Both the position numbers and the translations under genes were made by a program. Below the pieces are notes generated by a model that saw only the letters and a program-made list of their open reading frames with translations, ran no database searches and was not told the origin of the DNA. 32,000 nt of DNA. Source: Thermofilum adornatum. Its GTDB lineage: Archaea; Thermoproteota; Thermoprotei; Thermofilales; Thermofilaceae. Location of the stretch: NCBI RefSeq assembly GCF_000446015.1, contig NC_022093.1:1170001-1202000 (forward strand), given 5' to 3'. Of the stretch, positions 24,250-31,572 are shown piece after piece. How positions within the stretch are numbered: the stretch's first letter is position 1; each line of letters opens with the position of its first letter.

Positions 24250-25137
24250 TCACCTCAAATAAGACATAGCGATACGTCTATAAGTATGTCTAACACCCCT
24301 CACAGCTAAAGAAAGCTCCAAAATATTCTCTGGAAGAGCTACCCTCATCCCATACCCAGAATCCCCAATATGGTGAATATCACAGCCGCATGCCTTCGAG
24401 GTTAAACCGATTTTCCGGATTACACTTCTCTGGGCCCCCTCCTGAGACGTCCCAATTGTACACATAAGTACAGCATCATACCTATAAGCAAGCTTAGCAA
24501 CCGAACTCACATTTTCCGGCAGTGACCATGGAACAGTGTAAGGTGCAGGTATCACTATTCCATCGGCACCCCTAGCTAAAACCTCTTCAATAAGTCTCAA
24601 GTCGTACATCTCTTCTGTTCTCAAGCCTCCACTATGCATCTTTCCACCAAAAACCAAAACTCTATCTCCAGCAATTTTTCTCGCCAATTCTACACCTTTA
24701 GATATCCTACTCCAAGTCACGCCAAGACCTGGATTCCCCGTAACAACTAATAGTTTAGATCCCAAATCAATGCTGGCCTTGACACTCTCCTCGGAAAGAG
24801 TTCTTCCAGCAGGAAGCAATCCAGGATCCACAGGCTCAAGGTTATGGCCGACAAACCTGCCGAGAAATTCAGAAAGCATCGAAAAAGAAGTATAATACTT
24901 TTCAGGAACACCCTCAATCCTGGGATTAAATACATCAATCATGTTCAGAAGAATTACATCCGCACCAAATGACGCCGCCAACTCGACATTGGAGACCCCA
25001 TCTATGAGTGGAGGAGCAGTAACCACGATTTCTGCTGCAATGGTCCTCCCCTCAGAGCTTAGAACAGCTGCCTTAAAATCTTTAGCTAAACATTTTGAGA
25101 GCTCTTTACCAGTCATTTCCAAAACTCTTTTAGCCAC
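24250..25137 (-). CDS. Uncharacterised 295-aa soluble protein, first gene of the EIIA-EIIB-oxidoreductase operon (possibly alpha/beta-barrel enzyme)
   Basis: Intact ORF translationally coupled to EIIA. Alternating hydrophobic-strand and helix pattern (GADVILLNMIDVF, LLVVTGNPG, VLVFGGKMHSGG, GADGIVIPAPY, AVLMCTIGTSQEG). I do not recognise a named family. Confidence 0.6.
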   Translation of the reverse strand: MAKRVLEMTGKELSKCLAKDFKAAVLSSEGRTIAAEIVVTAPPLIDGVSNVELAASFGADVILLNMIDVFNPRIEGVPEKYYTSFSMLSEFLGRFVGHNLEPVDPGLLPAGRTLSEESVKASIDLGSKLLVVTGNPGLGVTWSRISKGVELARKIAGDRVLVFGGKMHSGGLRTEEMYDLRLIEEVLARGADGIVIPAPYTVPWSLPENVSSVAKLAYRYDAVLMCTIGTSQEGAQRSVIRKIGLTSKACGCDIHHIGDSGYGMRVALPENILELSLAVRGVRHTYRRIAMSYLR

Positions 25138-25234
25138 AGCTGTAAAACAGGCATATTTGAATTAAAAATATTTTCGATAGAAACATTTATAATCCAAAAA
25201 TTTTATTAATAAGCAATATCCGTAATACATTTGT
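25138..25234. promoter_or_regulatory. Divergent promoter region (295-aa gene operon / EIIC-EIID)
   Basis: The 10-bp palindrome AAAATATTTT (25165-25174) lies about 32 bp from minus-strand start 25137. TTTTATTA (25201-25208) lies about 30 bp before ATG 25235. Confidence 0.4.
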
Positions 25235-26836
25235 ATGACAGCAATTGGACCATTCGAAGTGGGACTTCTAGGACTCCTAGCATTCTTCTTCGGACTAGAC
25301 TACATCTGGGTAACCCCGCTAGGTATCTGGCGCCCCGTAGTAGCCGGCACAATAACAGGCATTCTCCTTGGAGACCCACTAACGGGTCTACTAGTAGGTT
25401 CACTACTCGAATTCGTCTTTGCAGGTCTCTTTACAATCGGTGGAGGCACAGTGCCAGAGGCCGCAACAGGAACAATAGCATCAGTCGTCGTAGCCGTAGT
25501 GACCGGTTTGAAGCCGGAGGCAGCTGTACCACTAGCAATTCCAGTTGCAGTTCTAACGATGAACATAGAAATCGTTGTAAGGTCTTTTGACGCCGTATTC
25601 ACTCACTGGGCCGACCGTGAAATAGAGAGAGGAAACTATGGAATGATACCAATAATAAACATATTGGGTGCAGTTCCCTGGGGTCTTTCCAGAGCCATAC
25701 CTATATGGCTCTTTGTAGGTGCACTAGCAATCAACCCGCCAGCAGTTAAAGCCGCCATAGACGCATTACAAGTAGTATACATAGGGCCATTTGTCATTAA
25801 ATTCTGGGATGCGATGGCTGTTGCTGGAGCAGTTCTACCAGCACTCGGAGCCGCAATCTTAATGAAGCTTATGATTTCTAGAAGAAACGTCATGTTCTTC
25901 ATTCTTGGATTCGCACTGGCCGCCTACCTCAAGCTAAGCCTACTAGCAATAGCACTCATCGCTGGCTCGATAATATTTGCCATCTACTATTTCATACACC
26001 GCGAAACCCTCGAGACACAGCTTTCAACTACAACAGCGCCTCCAGCTGGAAAAGCCACAACAAAAGACTTTATCAGATGGTTTGGCGTTTCATGGTTTAT
26101 TCAGTCCTCCTGGAACTATGAAAGAATGATGGGCACAGGATTTGCACATGGAATGCTAGACATAGAGAAGAAGCTAAGAAAAGACCCAGAAGAACTGAAA
26201 GCCTGGATGAGACTACACAACGAATTCTACAATACTGAGCCACACATTCACAATGCAATATACGGAATGACGATATCATTAGAAGAACAAGGTGCAGACC
26301 CAGACACTATACGAGGCATAAAGACAGCACTAATGGGGCCATTCGCTGGACTAGGAGACTCATTAATATGGTTCACAATCCTCCCAATAGCATTCCTCAT
26401 AGGCGCCTCCCTAGGAGTACATGGAAATATCCTTGGCCCAGTAGTTGCACTCCTCATATGGATACCCGTCTCATGGGCAATCAAATACTATTCCCTCGTC
26501 TATGGATACAAGTATGGTCTATCATTGGCTGAGGTACTAAAGGGAGACGTCCTCAAGATATTCAGGGAAGGAATTGCAGCATTTGCAATGGCAATGGTTG
26601 GAGGCATAGCAGCCACATACGTCAGAGCAACAACACCAATAGTCTTAGCCCAGTACGGTGGCCAGGCCATCAAGCTGCAGCCAGTTCTAGACCAGCTCAT
26701 GCCATCACTGCTCCCACTCCTATTTACACTATATGCCTACTGGCTCATCAAGACAAAAGGCTACAGCTACGGTAAAGCTGTCATTATCCTGTTCCTCACA
26801 GCCTTCGTGCTTGCTTTAATAGGAGTCCTGGGATAA
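25235..26836 (+). CDS. PTS mannose-family EIIC-EIID fusion protein
   Basis: 533 aa. The N-terminal ~255 aa is EIIC-Man-like (IWRPVVAGTITGILLGDPLTGLLVGSLLEF). A Thr/Pro/Ala-rich linker ETQLSTTTAPPAGKATTK follows at nt ~26000-26065. The C-terminal half is EIID-like (SWNYERMMGTGFAHGM, HNEFYNTEPH, ALMGPFAGLGDS). Confidence 0.9.
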   Translation: MTAIGPFEVGLLGLLAFFFGLDYIWVTPLGIWRPVVAGTITGILLGDPLTGLLVGSLLEFVFAGLFTIGGGTVPEAATGTIASVVVAVVTGLKPEAAVPLAIPVAVLTMNIEIVVRSFDAVFTHWADREIERGNYGMIPIINILGAVPWGLSRAIPIWLFVGALAINPPAVKAAIDALQVVYIGPFVIKFWDAMAVAGAVLPALGAAILMKLMISRRNVMFFILGFALAAYLKLSLLAIALIAGSIIFAIYYFIHRETLETQLSTTTAPPAGKATTKDFIRWFGVSWFIQSSWNYERMMGTGFAHGMLDIEKKLRKDPEELKAWMRLHNEFYNTEPHIHNAIYGMTISLEEQGADPDTIRGIKTALMGPFAGLGDSLIWFTILPIAFLIGASLGVHGNILGPVVALLIWIPVSWAIKYYSLVYGYKYGLSLAEVLKGDVLKIFREGIAAFAMAMVGGIAATYVRATTPIVLAQYGGQAIKLQPVLDQLMPSLLPLLFTLYAYWLIKTKGYSYGKAVIILFLTAFVLALIGVLG

Positions 26837-26855
26837 ACAAAAATATTTTTTCTTT
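26837..26855. terminator. Shared bidirectional oligo-T/oligo-A terminator region
   Basis: The 19-bp gap between convergent stops reads ACAAAAATATTTTTTCTTT. This gives a T-run on each strand. Confidence 0.4.
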
Positions 26856-27524
26856 TCACTTTGGTTCTCCAAGAATCTTCTGTAAGCCTTCTACGACCCC
26901 CTCACCATAAGGCCTATTAGTCACATAGTCTGCCATCTCTTTCAATTTTTGATCCGCATTAGCAACAGCCACCTTAAAGCGGGCAATCCGAAACATTGGT
27001 ATATCAGACGCGCTATCTCCAATAGCAACCATATTCTTAGCATCCCAGCCAGTTACCTGTAAAAGCCTAGACACCCCGACACCCTTATCAAGCCCCCTTG
27101 GTGCAAAAACATGAGTCCGCGAACCTACCTTCTTCATTTCCACAGAGTATTCACTCTGTTTGTTTAATAATACATGTTGCGCTAGGGAAATATTATCTTG
27201 GTCAAAATAATACAGAACTTCTCCCAGGTTAACCCTGGGGACAACTCTAGAAACCTCTTCGATAAACGTGTTCCACCACTTAGGCCTAAATAAGATCAAA
27301 TCACTTGGCGGGAAGAAGAGAACACTGCCAAGCTCAAGAACCAAGGCATCAAACAAACTCGCTTCAACGAATCTCTCAATGTCGCTTAAAGGTCTGGCCG
27401 TAGCTAGAATTAGCTTAAAACCATGCTTTTGTTTTAGAGTCATGACCGACTGGGCCACTTCGTATCTAACAGGATGATTCTCCTCAGCCAGAGTTCCATC
27501 ATAGTCAACAACTATCAACAACAT
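26856..27524 (-). CDS. HAD-superfamily subfamily IIB (Cof-type) sugar-phosphate phosphatase
   Basis: 222 aa. Motif I VVDYDGTL, motif II ILATARP and motif IV AIGDSASD, with a cap-domain-sized insertion. Confidence 0.8.
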   Translation of the reverse strand: MLLIVVDYDGTLAEENHPVRYEVAQSVMTLKQKHGFKLILATARPLSDIERFVEASLFDALVLELGSVLFFPPSDLILFRPKWWNTFIEEVSRVVPRVNLGEVLYYFDQDNISLAQHVLLNKQSEYSVEMKKVGSRTHVFAPRGLDKGVGVSRLLQVTGWDAKNMVAIGDSASDIPMFRIARFKVAVANADQKLKEMADYVTNRPYGEGVVEGLQKILGEPK

Positions 27525-27751
27525 TTCTTCACCTAGTGCTGAAACCTTTCAAGAATAAAAGGATAACTTATTACTTTAGACCCCATGCATCCAATATAAT
27601 TGCGTGACTAGCTGAAGGAATTATGAAATAAAAGGCTACACATATTGGTTGTATTTTTGCTGATTAGTTTAAGTTTCTTCTTAATGTTTATATGCTAATA
27701 TTTATTACAATGGCGTAAAAAATAAATAGTTTAAAAAAGTATTACTACCGT

Positions 27752-29041
27752 ATGAGCCCGTTAGAAATTTTGTACTGGATCGGGCAAAATATTCTTGGAC
27801 AACCACCAATACTTCTAGGCCTAGTAGCCTTAATAGGCTTATTGATACAGAGAAAGTCATTTGAGGAGATTATAACTAGCACCTTCAAAGTAATGATAGG
27901 AGTCGTAATGATGATTGCCGGCGCCACTCTTTTTGTTAATGAATTGGTAAACTTTCAAAACATTGTAGGTACTGCGGTTGGCTTCCAGCCAAAATACCCG
28001 CCCGGGTATATCCCTCTAGGAGACTTTACTGCTAAGTTTGGTAGCTATGCAGCAATGATAATGACTGTTGCATTTATTATCCACTTGATAATTGCCCGAT
28101 TCACCAAAATAAAATTCGTTTACTTAACAGGACACTTGATGTGGTGGGTATCTTTAACTGTTGTTGCAACTCTTCTCACCATTAAACCTAATGCGTCAGC
28201 CCTCGAGATAATAGCAATCGGTTCAATAGTTATGGCACTCTACTGGAGCATACAGCCATGGTATATACACTCTGCAATGAAAGAAGTTATGGGCACAGAT
28301 GAGATAGCTTTTGGTCATACATCATCTTCGGCTGCTTTTCTAGCTTTCTATCTAGGTAAATATATAGGTAAACCAGAAGAGAGCACAGAACAAGTAAAAT
28401 TCCCCAAAGCATTAAGCTTCTTTAAAGACTACGCTGTAAGTACAGCCGTAATCCTGGGCTTAATAATGATCATAGCCGCCATAATAGGTTATGCCATAAA
28501 CCCAACTGCTGTAGTTAAATTAGCTGGAGAGCTCAATCCTATAATTTGGGCTTTTCTGAGAGGCATATACTTCGCCGTAGCCATCGTTGTTCTTTTAACA
28601 GGAGTAAGAATGTTTATCGCAGAAATTGTCCCAGCGTTTAGAGGTATAGCACAGAAACTTATTCCAGGAGCAAAACCAGCACTTGATTGCCCAGTAGTTT
28701 TTCCGCAGGCACCAACTGCAGTAGTTATCGGATTCGTAAGTGGTTTAATTGTCTTCCTAGTATTCATGGGATTATTTGCAGCGACAGGTTTTGCAATAAT
28801 TGTTCCGCCAATGATAATGTTATTCTTCCCAGGCGGAGCAGCAGCTGTATTTGGAAATAGAACTGGAGGCTGGAAAGGCGCAGTACTTGGAGGTGTTATA
28901 AATGGTGCTTTCTTAGCTATTGGGCAGGCAGTTACCCTGAATGCATTGACTTATGCTCCAGAACTTGCAACACTAGCTGACCCAGATTGGTACATAATTA
29001 TCTGGTTGTTAAAGGCAATCTTAGGACCTTTCTTCAAATAA
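27752..29041 (+). CDS. PTS ascorbate-family EIIC (UlaA/SgaT-type permease)
   Basis: 429-aa polytopic protein. The N-terminus LEILYWIGQNILGQPPILLGLVALIGLLIQRKS parallels UlaA. AATAAATA box at 27721-27728, about 27 bp before the ATG. Confidence 0.9.
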   Translation: MSPLEILYWIGQNILGQPPILLGLVALIGLLIQRKSFEEIITSTFKVMIGVVMMIAGATLFVNELVNFQNIVGTAVGFQPKYPPGYIPLGDFTAKFGSYAAMIMTVAFIIHLIIARFTKIKFVYLTGHLMWWVSLTVVATLLTIKPNASALEIIAIGSIVMALYWSIQPWYIHSAMKEVMGTDEIAFGHTSSSAAFLAFYLGKYIGKPEESTEQVKFPKALSFFKDYAVSTAVILGLIMIIAAIIGYAINPTAVVKLAGELNPIIWAFLRGIYFAVAIVVLLTGVRMFIAEIVPAFRGIAQKLIPGAKPALDCPVVFPQAPTAVVIGFVSGLIVFLVFMGLFAATGFAIIVPPMIMLFFPGGAAAVFGNRTGGWKGAVLGGVINGAFLAIGQAVTLNALTYAPELATLADPDWYIIIWLLKAILGPFFK

Positions 29042-29058
29042 GAAATAAATTAATTTTT
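29042..29058. terminator. Shared bidirectional terminator region
   Basis: GAAATAAATTAATTTTTTTATTTTTT lies between convergent stops, with oligo-T and oligo-A runs on both strands. Confidence 0.4.
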
Positions 29059-29379
29059 TTATTTTTTCTCTATCCATCCAGCATCAAGTAGTGCTTTTGT
29101 TATCTTTTCTCTCATCTCTTTTTTATCCACGAGACTCTTTAATCCTACAATTATTTTTGCCGAGCCTTTTAATTCGGGTTCATGTATTATAGAGCAAACG
29201 ATAATATCGGCGCCTCCGGCTTTTGCAGTCAATATTTCTGTTGGTTCAACCTTTGCAGGAATACCGAGTTCCTTAAATACATCATCTACGAACATTTTCA
29301 TGATCAAGGAACTTCCCTGCCCAACACCACATACAGTGAGAACTTTTAATTCTCTTCCTAAAATGTAGCTATAAGTCAT
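29059..29379 (-). CDS. PTS ascorbate/lactose-type EIIB (UlaB/SgaB-like)
   Basis: 106 aa. KVLTVCGVGQGSSLIMKM carries the phospho-Cys P-loop motif (CGxGxGSS). Confidence 0.85.
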   Translation of the reverse strand: MTYSYILGRELKVLTVCGVGQGSSLIMKMFVDDVFKELGIPAKVEPTEILTAKAGGADIIVCSIIHEPELKGSAKIIVGLKSLVDKKEMREKITKALLDAGWIEKK

Positions 29380-29449
29380 CGGTTTTTCACCTTACCTTAA
29401 AATTTAATTGTAAGAAAGTATTTATTGTTTTTCAGCCACGCAATGAAAT

Positions 29450-29914
29450 GTGGCCTGCTCCTATAACGAGATATGGAAGGCGGTTGAGGAAAGAATCAAA
29501 GTTGTGGAAGTAGTGTCAGACTGGAAAGAAGCAGTAATCCTTGCAGGTAAGCTTCTGCAGAGAGATAATTGCATAGAAGAATCCTACATAGAAGGAATGA
29601 TCAAGACATGTCAAGAATTGGGACCCTATATTGCAATTGCTCCTGGACTTGCTATTCCCCATGCACGACCAGAGGAAGGTGCCCAAAAGACGTGTTTCTC
29701 TATACTAGTAGTGCGTAAAGGTGTTAACTTCGGTTCTCATAACGACCCCGTTTACATAGTAGTGGCTTTTTCCTCTCCTGACAAAAAATCACATTTAAAA
29801 TTTCTCCAAGTTTTAGCTGAACTCTTCGCAAATAAAGGAGAACAAATAGTGAACAGCCTCCGTGAAGCAAAAAATACCTATGAAGCCCTGTCAATACTAA
29901 GGGAACTATTATAG
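29450..29914 (+). CDS. PTS EIIA, fructose/mannitol/ascorbate (EIIA-2, UlaC-like) type
   Basis: 154 aa. GLAIPHARPEEG contains the phospho-His. DWKEAVILAGKLL is a typical N-terminal segment. GTG 29450 start, with GTATTTATTG box at 29418-29427 about 27 bp upstream. Confidence 0.85.
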   Translation: MACSYNEIWKAVEERIKVVEVVSDWKEAVILAGKLLQRDNCIEESYIEGMIKTCQELGPYIAIAPGLAIPHARPEEGAQKTCFSILVVRKGVNFGSHNDPVYIVVAFSSPDKKSHLKFLQVLAELFANKGEQIVNSLREAKNTYEALSILRELL

Positions 29915-29964
29915 AAGTAATTACCATGCGTAATTATTGATGCAAGAGAAAAAAAGATTGTTTT

Positions 29965-30696
29965 TCACTGCTGAATGTTGAGCAAGACCCGAGACTTAAC
30001 TTCCTCGCTGAGAAGACTCCGCCATGCATTGCTCAAAGATACTATTGCAAAGACGCCCACAGTGTACGCGTCAGCGTCGCGGACAATATTCAATAGTGCT
30101 TTCAGAGTTCTTCCTGAACGGAGTAGGTCATCAGCTATGAGCACTCTAGAGTTCTTTGGTATGTGGTTCGCCGGGAGATATATGTGGACAATGCTGGGTG
30201 GATCTGTCTGAAAAATCTGTGCAGAGAGGTATTTTATCGACTGGCTTTCCCGCTCCCTGCGTGCCACTGCCAGCTTGGCGTCTAAAACCCAAGCAAGTAG
30301 AGATGCTAGTGGGATACCATTTACTGCAGCCGTCAAGACGACGTCTACGCTTCTAAAAAACGATAAATAAGCCTCGGCCATTGCCACTGTCAAGACGTCT
30401 TCATCGTAGGCCAGCTCTGCTACGTTGACCACGCCGTTCTCATCGATTTTCAGCTTGTTCTGAACAACTTGGGCGAAGACGTTCTCGCTCCTCAATGCCT
30501 GAATAATGTGGACTGCCTTTAACTGTGGAGGCAGAACTGTCCCAACAATGTACCGTTTAAGTTCAGGCTGTGATATCCTAATCTTGTTCTCTGCCAAGAT
30601 CTCGTACAAGTAGCCGAGCTCAAAATGTTTGCTTAGGGTCTTCAGGGCTCTCCAAGCCAGGATCTGGGGTATTGCTGCTTCACTTCTGGTTATCAT
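29965..30696 (-). CDS. Phosphoribosyltransferase-domain protein with N-terminal HTH-like domain (PurR/GfcR-type candidate transcription regulator)
   Basis: 243 aa. PRPP-loop motif RVLIADDLLRSGRT (nt 30106-30144). The N-terminal ~70 aa are helical and HTH-like (LSKHFELGYLYEILAENKIRISQPELKRYI). AAATATATAA box at 30716-30725, about 24 bp upstream. Confidence 0.7.
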   Translation of the reverse strand: MITRSEAAIPQILAWRALKTLSKHFELGYLYEILAENKIRISQPELKRYIVGTVLPPQLKAVHIIQALRSENVFAQVVQNKLKIDENGVVNVAELAYDEDVLTVAMAEAYLSFFRSVDVVLTAAVNGIPLASLLAWVLDAKLAVARRERESQSIKYLSAQIFQTDPPSIVHIYLPANHIPKNSRVLIADDLLRSGRTLKALLNIVRDADAYTVGVFAIVSLSNAWRSLLSEEVKSRVLLNIQQ

Positions 30697-30765
30697 GATT
30701 TCATTTTTTTGAAAGAAATATATAAGTTTAACGCTAAATCAGAGAGAAAAATTTAAAAATAAAAA

Positions 30766-31569
30766 GTGGTTGCAAAACACGTGAAGGCACAAATCAAAAG
30801 AAAAATAACATGGATGCACATAGTCACCTTCGTATTTGCAACGGCAGTCGCATATGTCCTAGCAGTAGTCTCGTCCCTCATCTTCCCAGTCCTCGGCGCG
30901 CCCGGCGTATCCGCTCTGTACGTCGCGGCAGCTATTTACGTTCCACTAGGTGTTTGGATGGGCATGTGGGGCGCCCTAGCAGGATACTTTAGTTGCCTTT
31001 TTCTGGGGCTCTATCCCTCGGGCTACACCTTACTACAATCCGTTGTTTGGTCTTTCGCAGACTTCATCGAGGCCTTTATACCTGCATTCCTCTTTAGAGT
31101 CCTCAAAATCGATCCAGACTTCACAGTGAAAAGGGGCTGGGCTGCCAAGCTCTTTCCATTGTTTATCTCTTTGGGCTCAATTATACTATTGGTCGGCATT
31201 ACAATACAGGTTCTCTGGGGAAGCCTTGGCGAACCCTTCACAAGCATTTACGTTTACTCTGTCTATACAGGGCTAGCCCTCGCCCTACTTGGCCTGCTTG
31301 TAGGGCTACTCGTAGGTGACAAGAAGACTTGGGCTACATACATTGTCGGAGTCATTCTGACCTCATTTATTTCAGGTCTTTGGGGAGCCGGCACCCTAAC
31401 CATCTTTAACTTTCCACCGCCTCTCCCCAGCGAAGCCTTCTGGCCAGTATTTGTAGGCTGGGTTGCAGGAGACCTCATTGTCCTCTCAGTACTTTCAACT
31501 GCACTCCTCGTGGCACTTACGCCTGTCTTCAAGCGAACTGGGCTCTACGTTGAAAAATGGTGGGCGTAA
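30766..31569 (+). CDS. Polytopic membrane protein, possible ECF-transporter substrate (S) component
   Basis: 267-aa hydrophobic protein with about 6-7 TM segments, directly followed 3 nt later by an EcfT-like gene. Start is ambiguous (GTG 30766, GTG 30781 or ATG 30814). No family motif recognised. Confidence 0.5.
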   Translation: MVAKHVKAQIKRKITWMHIVTFVFATAVAYVLAVVSSLIFPVLGAPGVSALYVAAAIYVPLGVWMGMWGALAGYFSCLFLGLYPSGYTLLQSVVWSFADFIEAFIPAFLFRVLKIDPDFTVKRGWAAKLFPLFISLGSIILLVGITIQVLWGSLGEPFTSIYVYSVYTGLALALLGLLVGLLVGDKKTWATYIVGVILTSFISGLWGAGTLTIFNFPPPLPSEAFWPVFVGWVAGDLIVLSVLSTALLVALTPVFKRTGLYVEKWWA

Positions 31570-31572
31570 CTA

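Noticed and set aside
25231-25602. Alternative-frame (119 aa, +) and antisense (100 aa, -) ORFs at the 5' end of the EIIC-EIID gene
   Set aside because: They are Arg/Ser- or Thr/Ala-rich, low-complexity translations of a region that encodes clear EIIC-Man motifs in the annotated frame.
27585-27650. Small structured RNA or micro-ORF in the long intergenic region
   Set aside because: The ATGs (for example 27585 and 27623) hit stops within 2-4 codons. The inverted repeats are short, A/T-only and partly mutually exclusive, so no stable structure is convincing for a thermophile. I kept this only as a low-interest note.
14983-30696. Calling the PTS block a recently acquired mobile genomic island
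   Set aside because: I see no integrase, transposase, flanking tRNA or terminal direct repeats. Promoter, SD and codon style look the same as in the nuo block by eye. Ancient horizontal origin is likely on general grounds, but recent mobility is not supported by this sequence.
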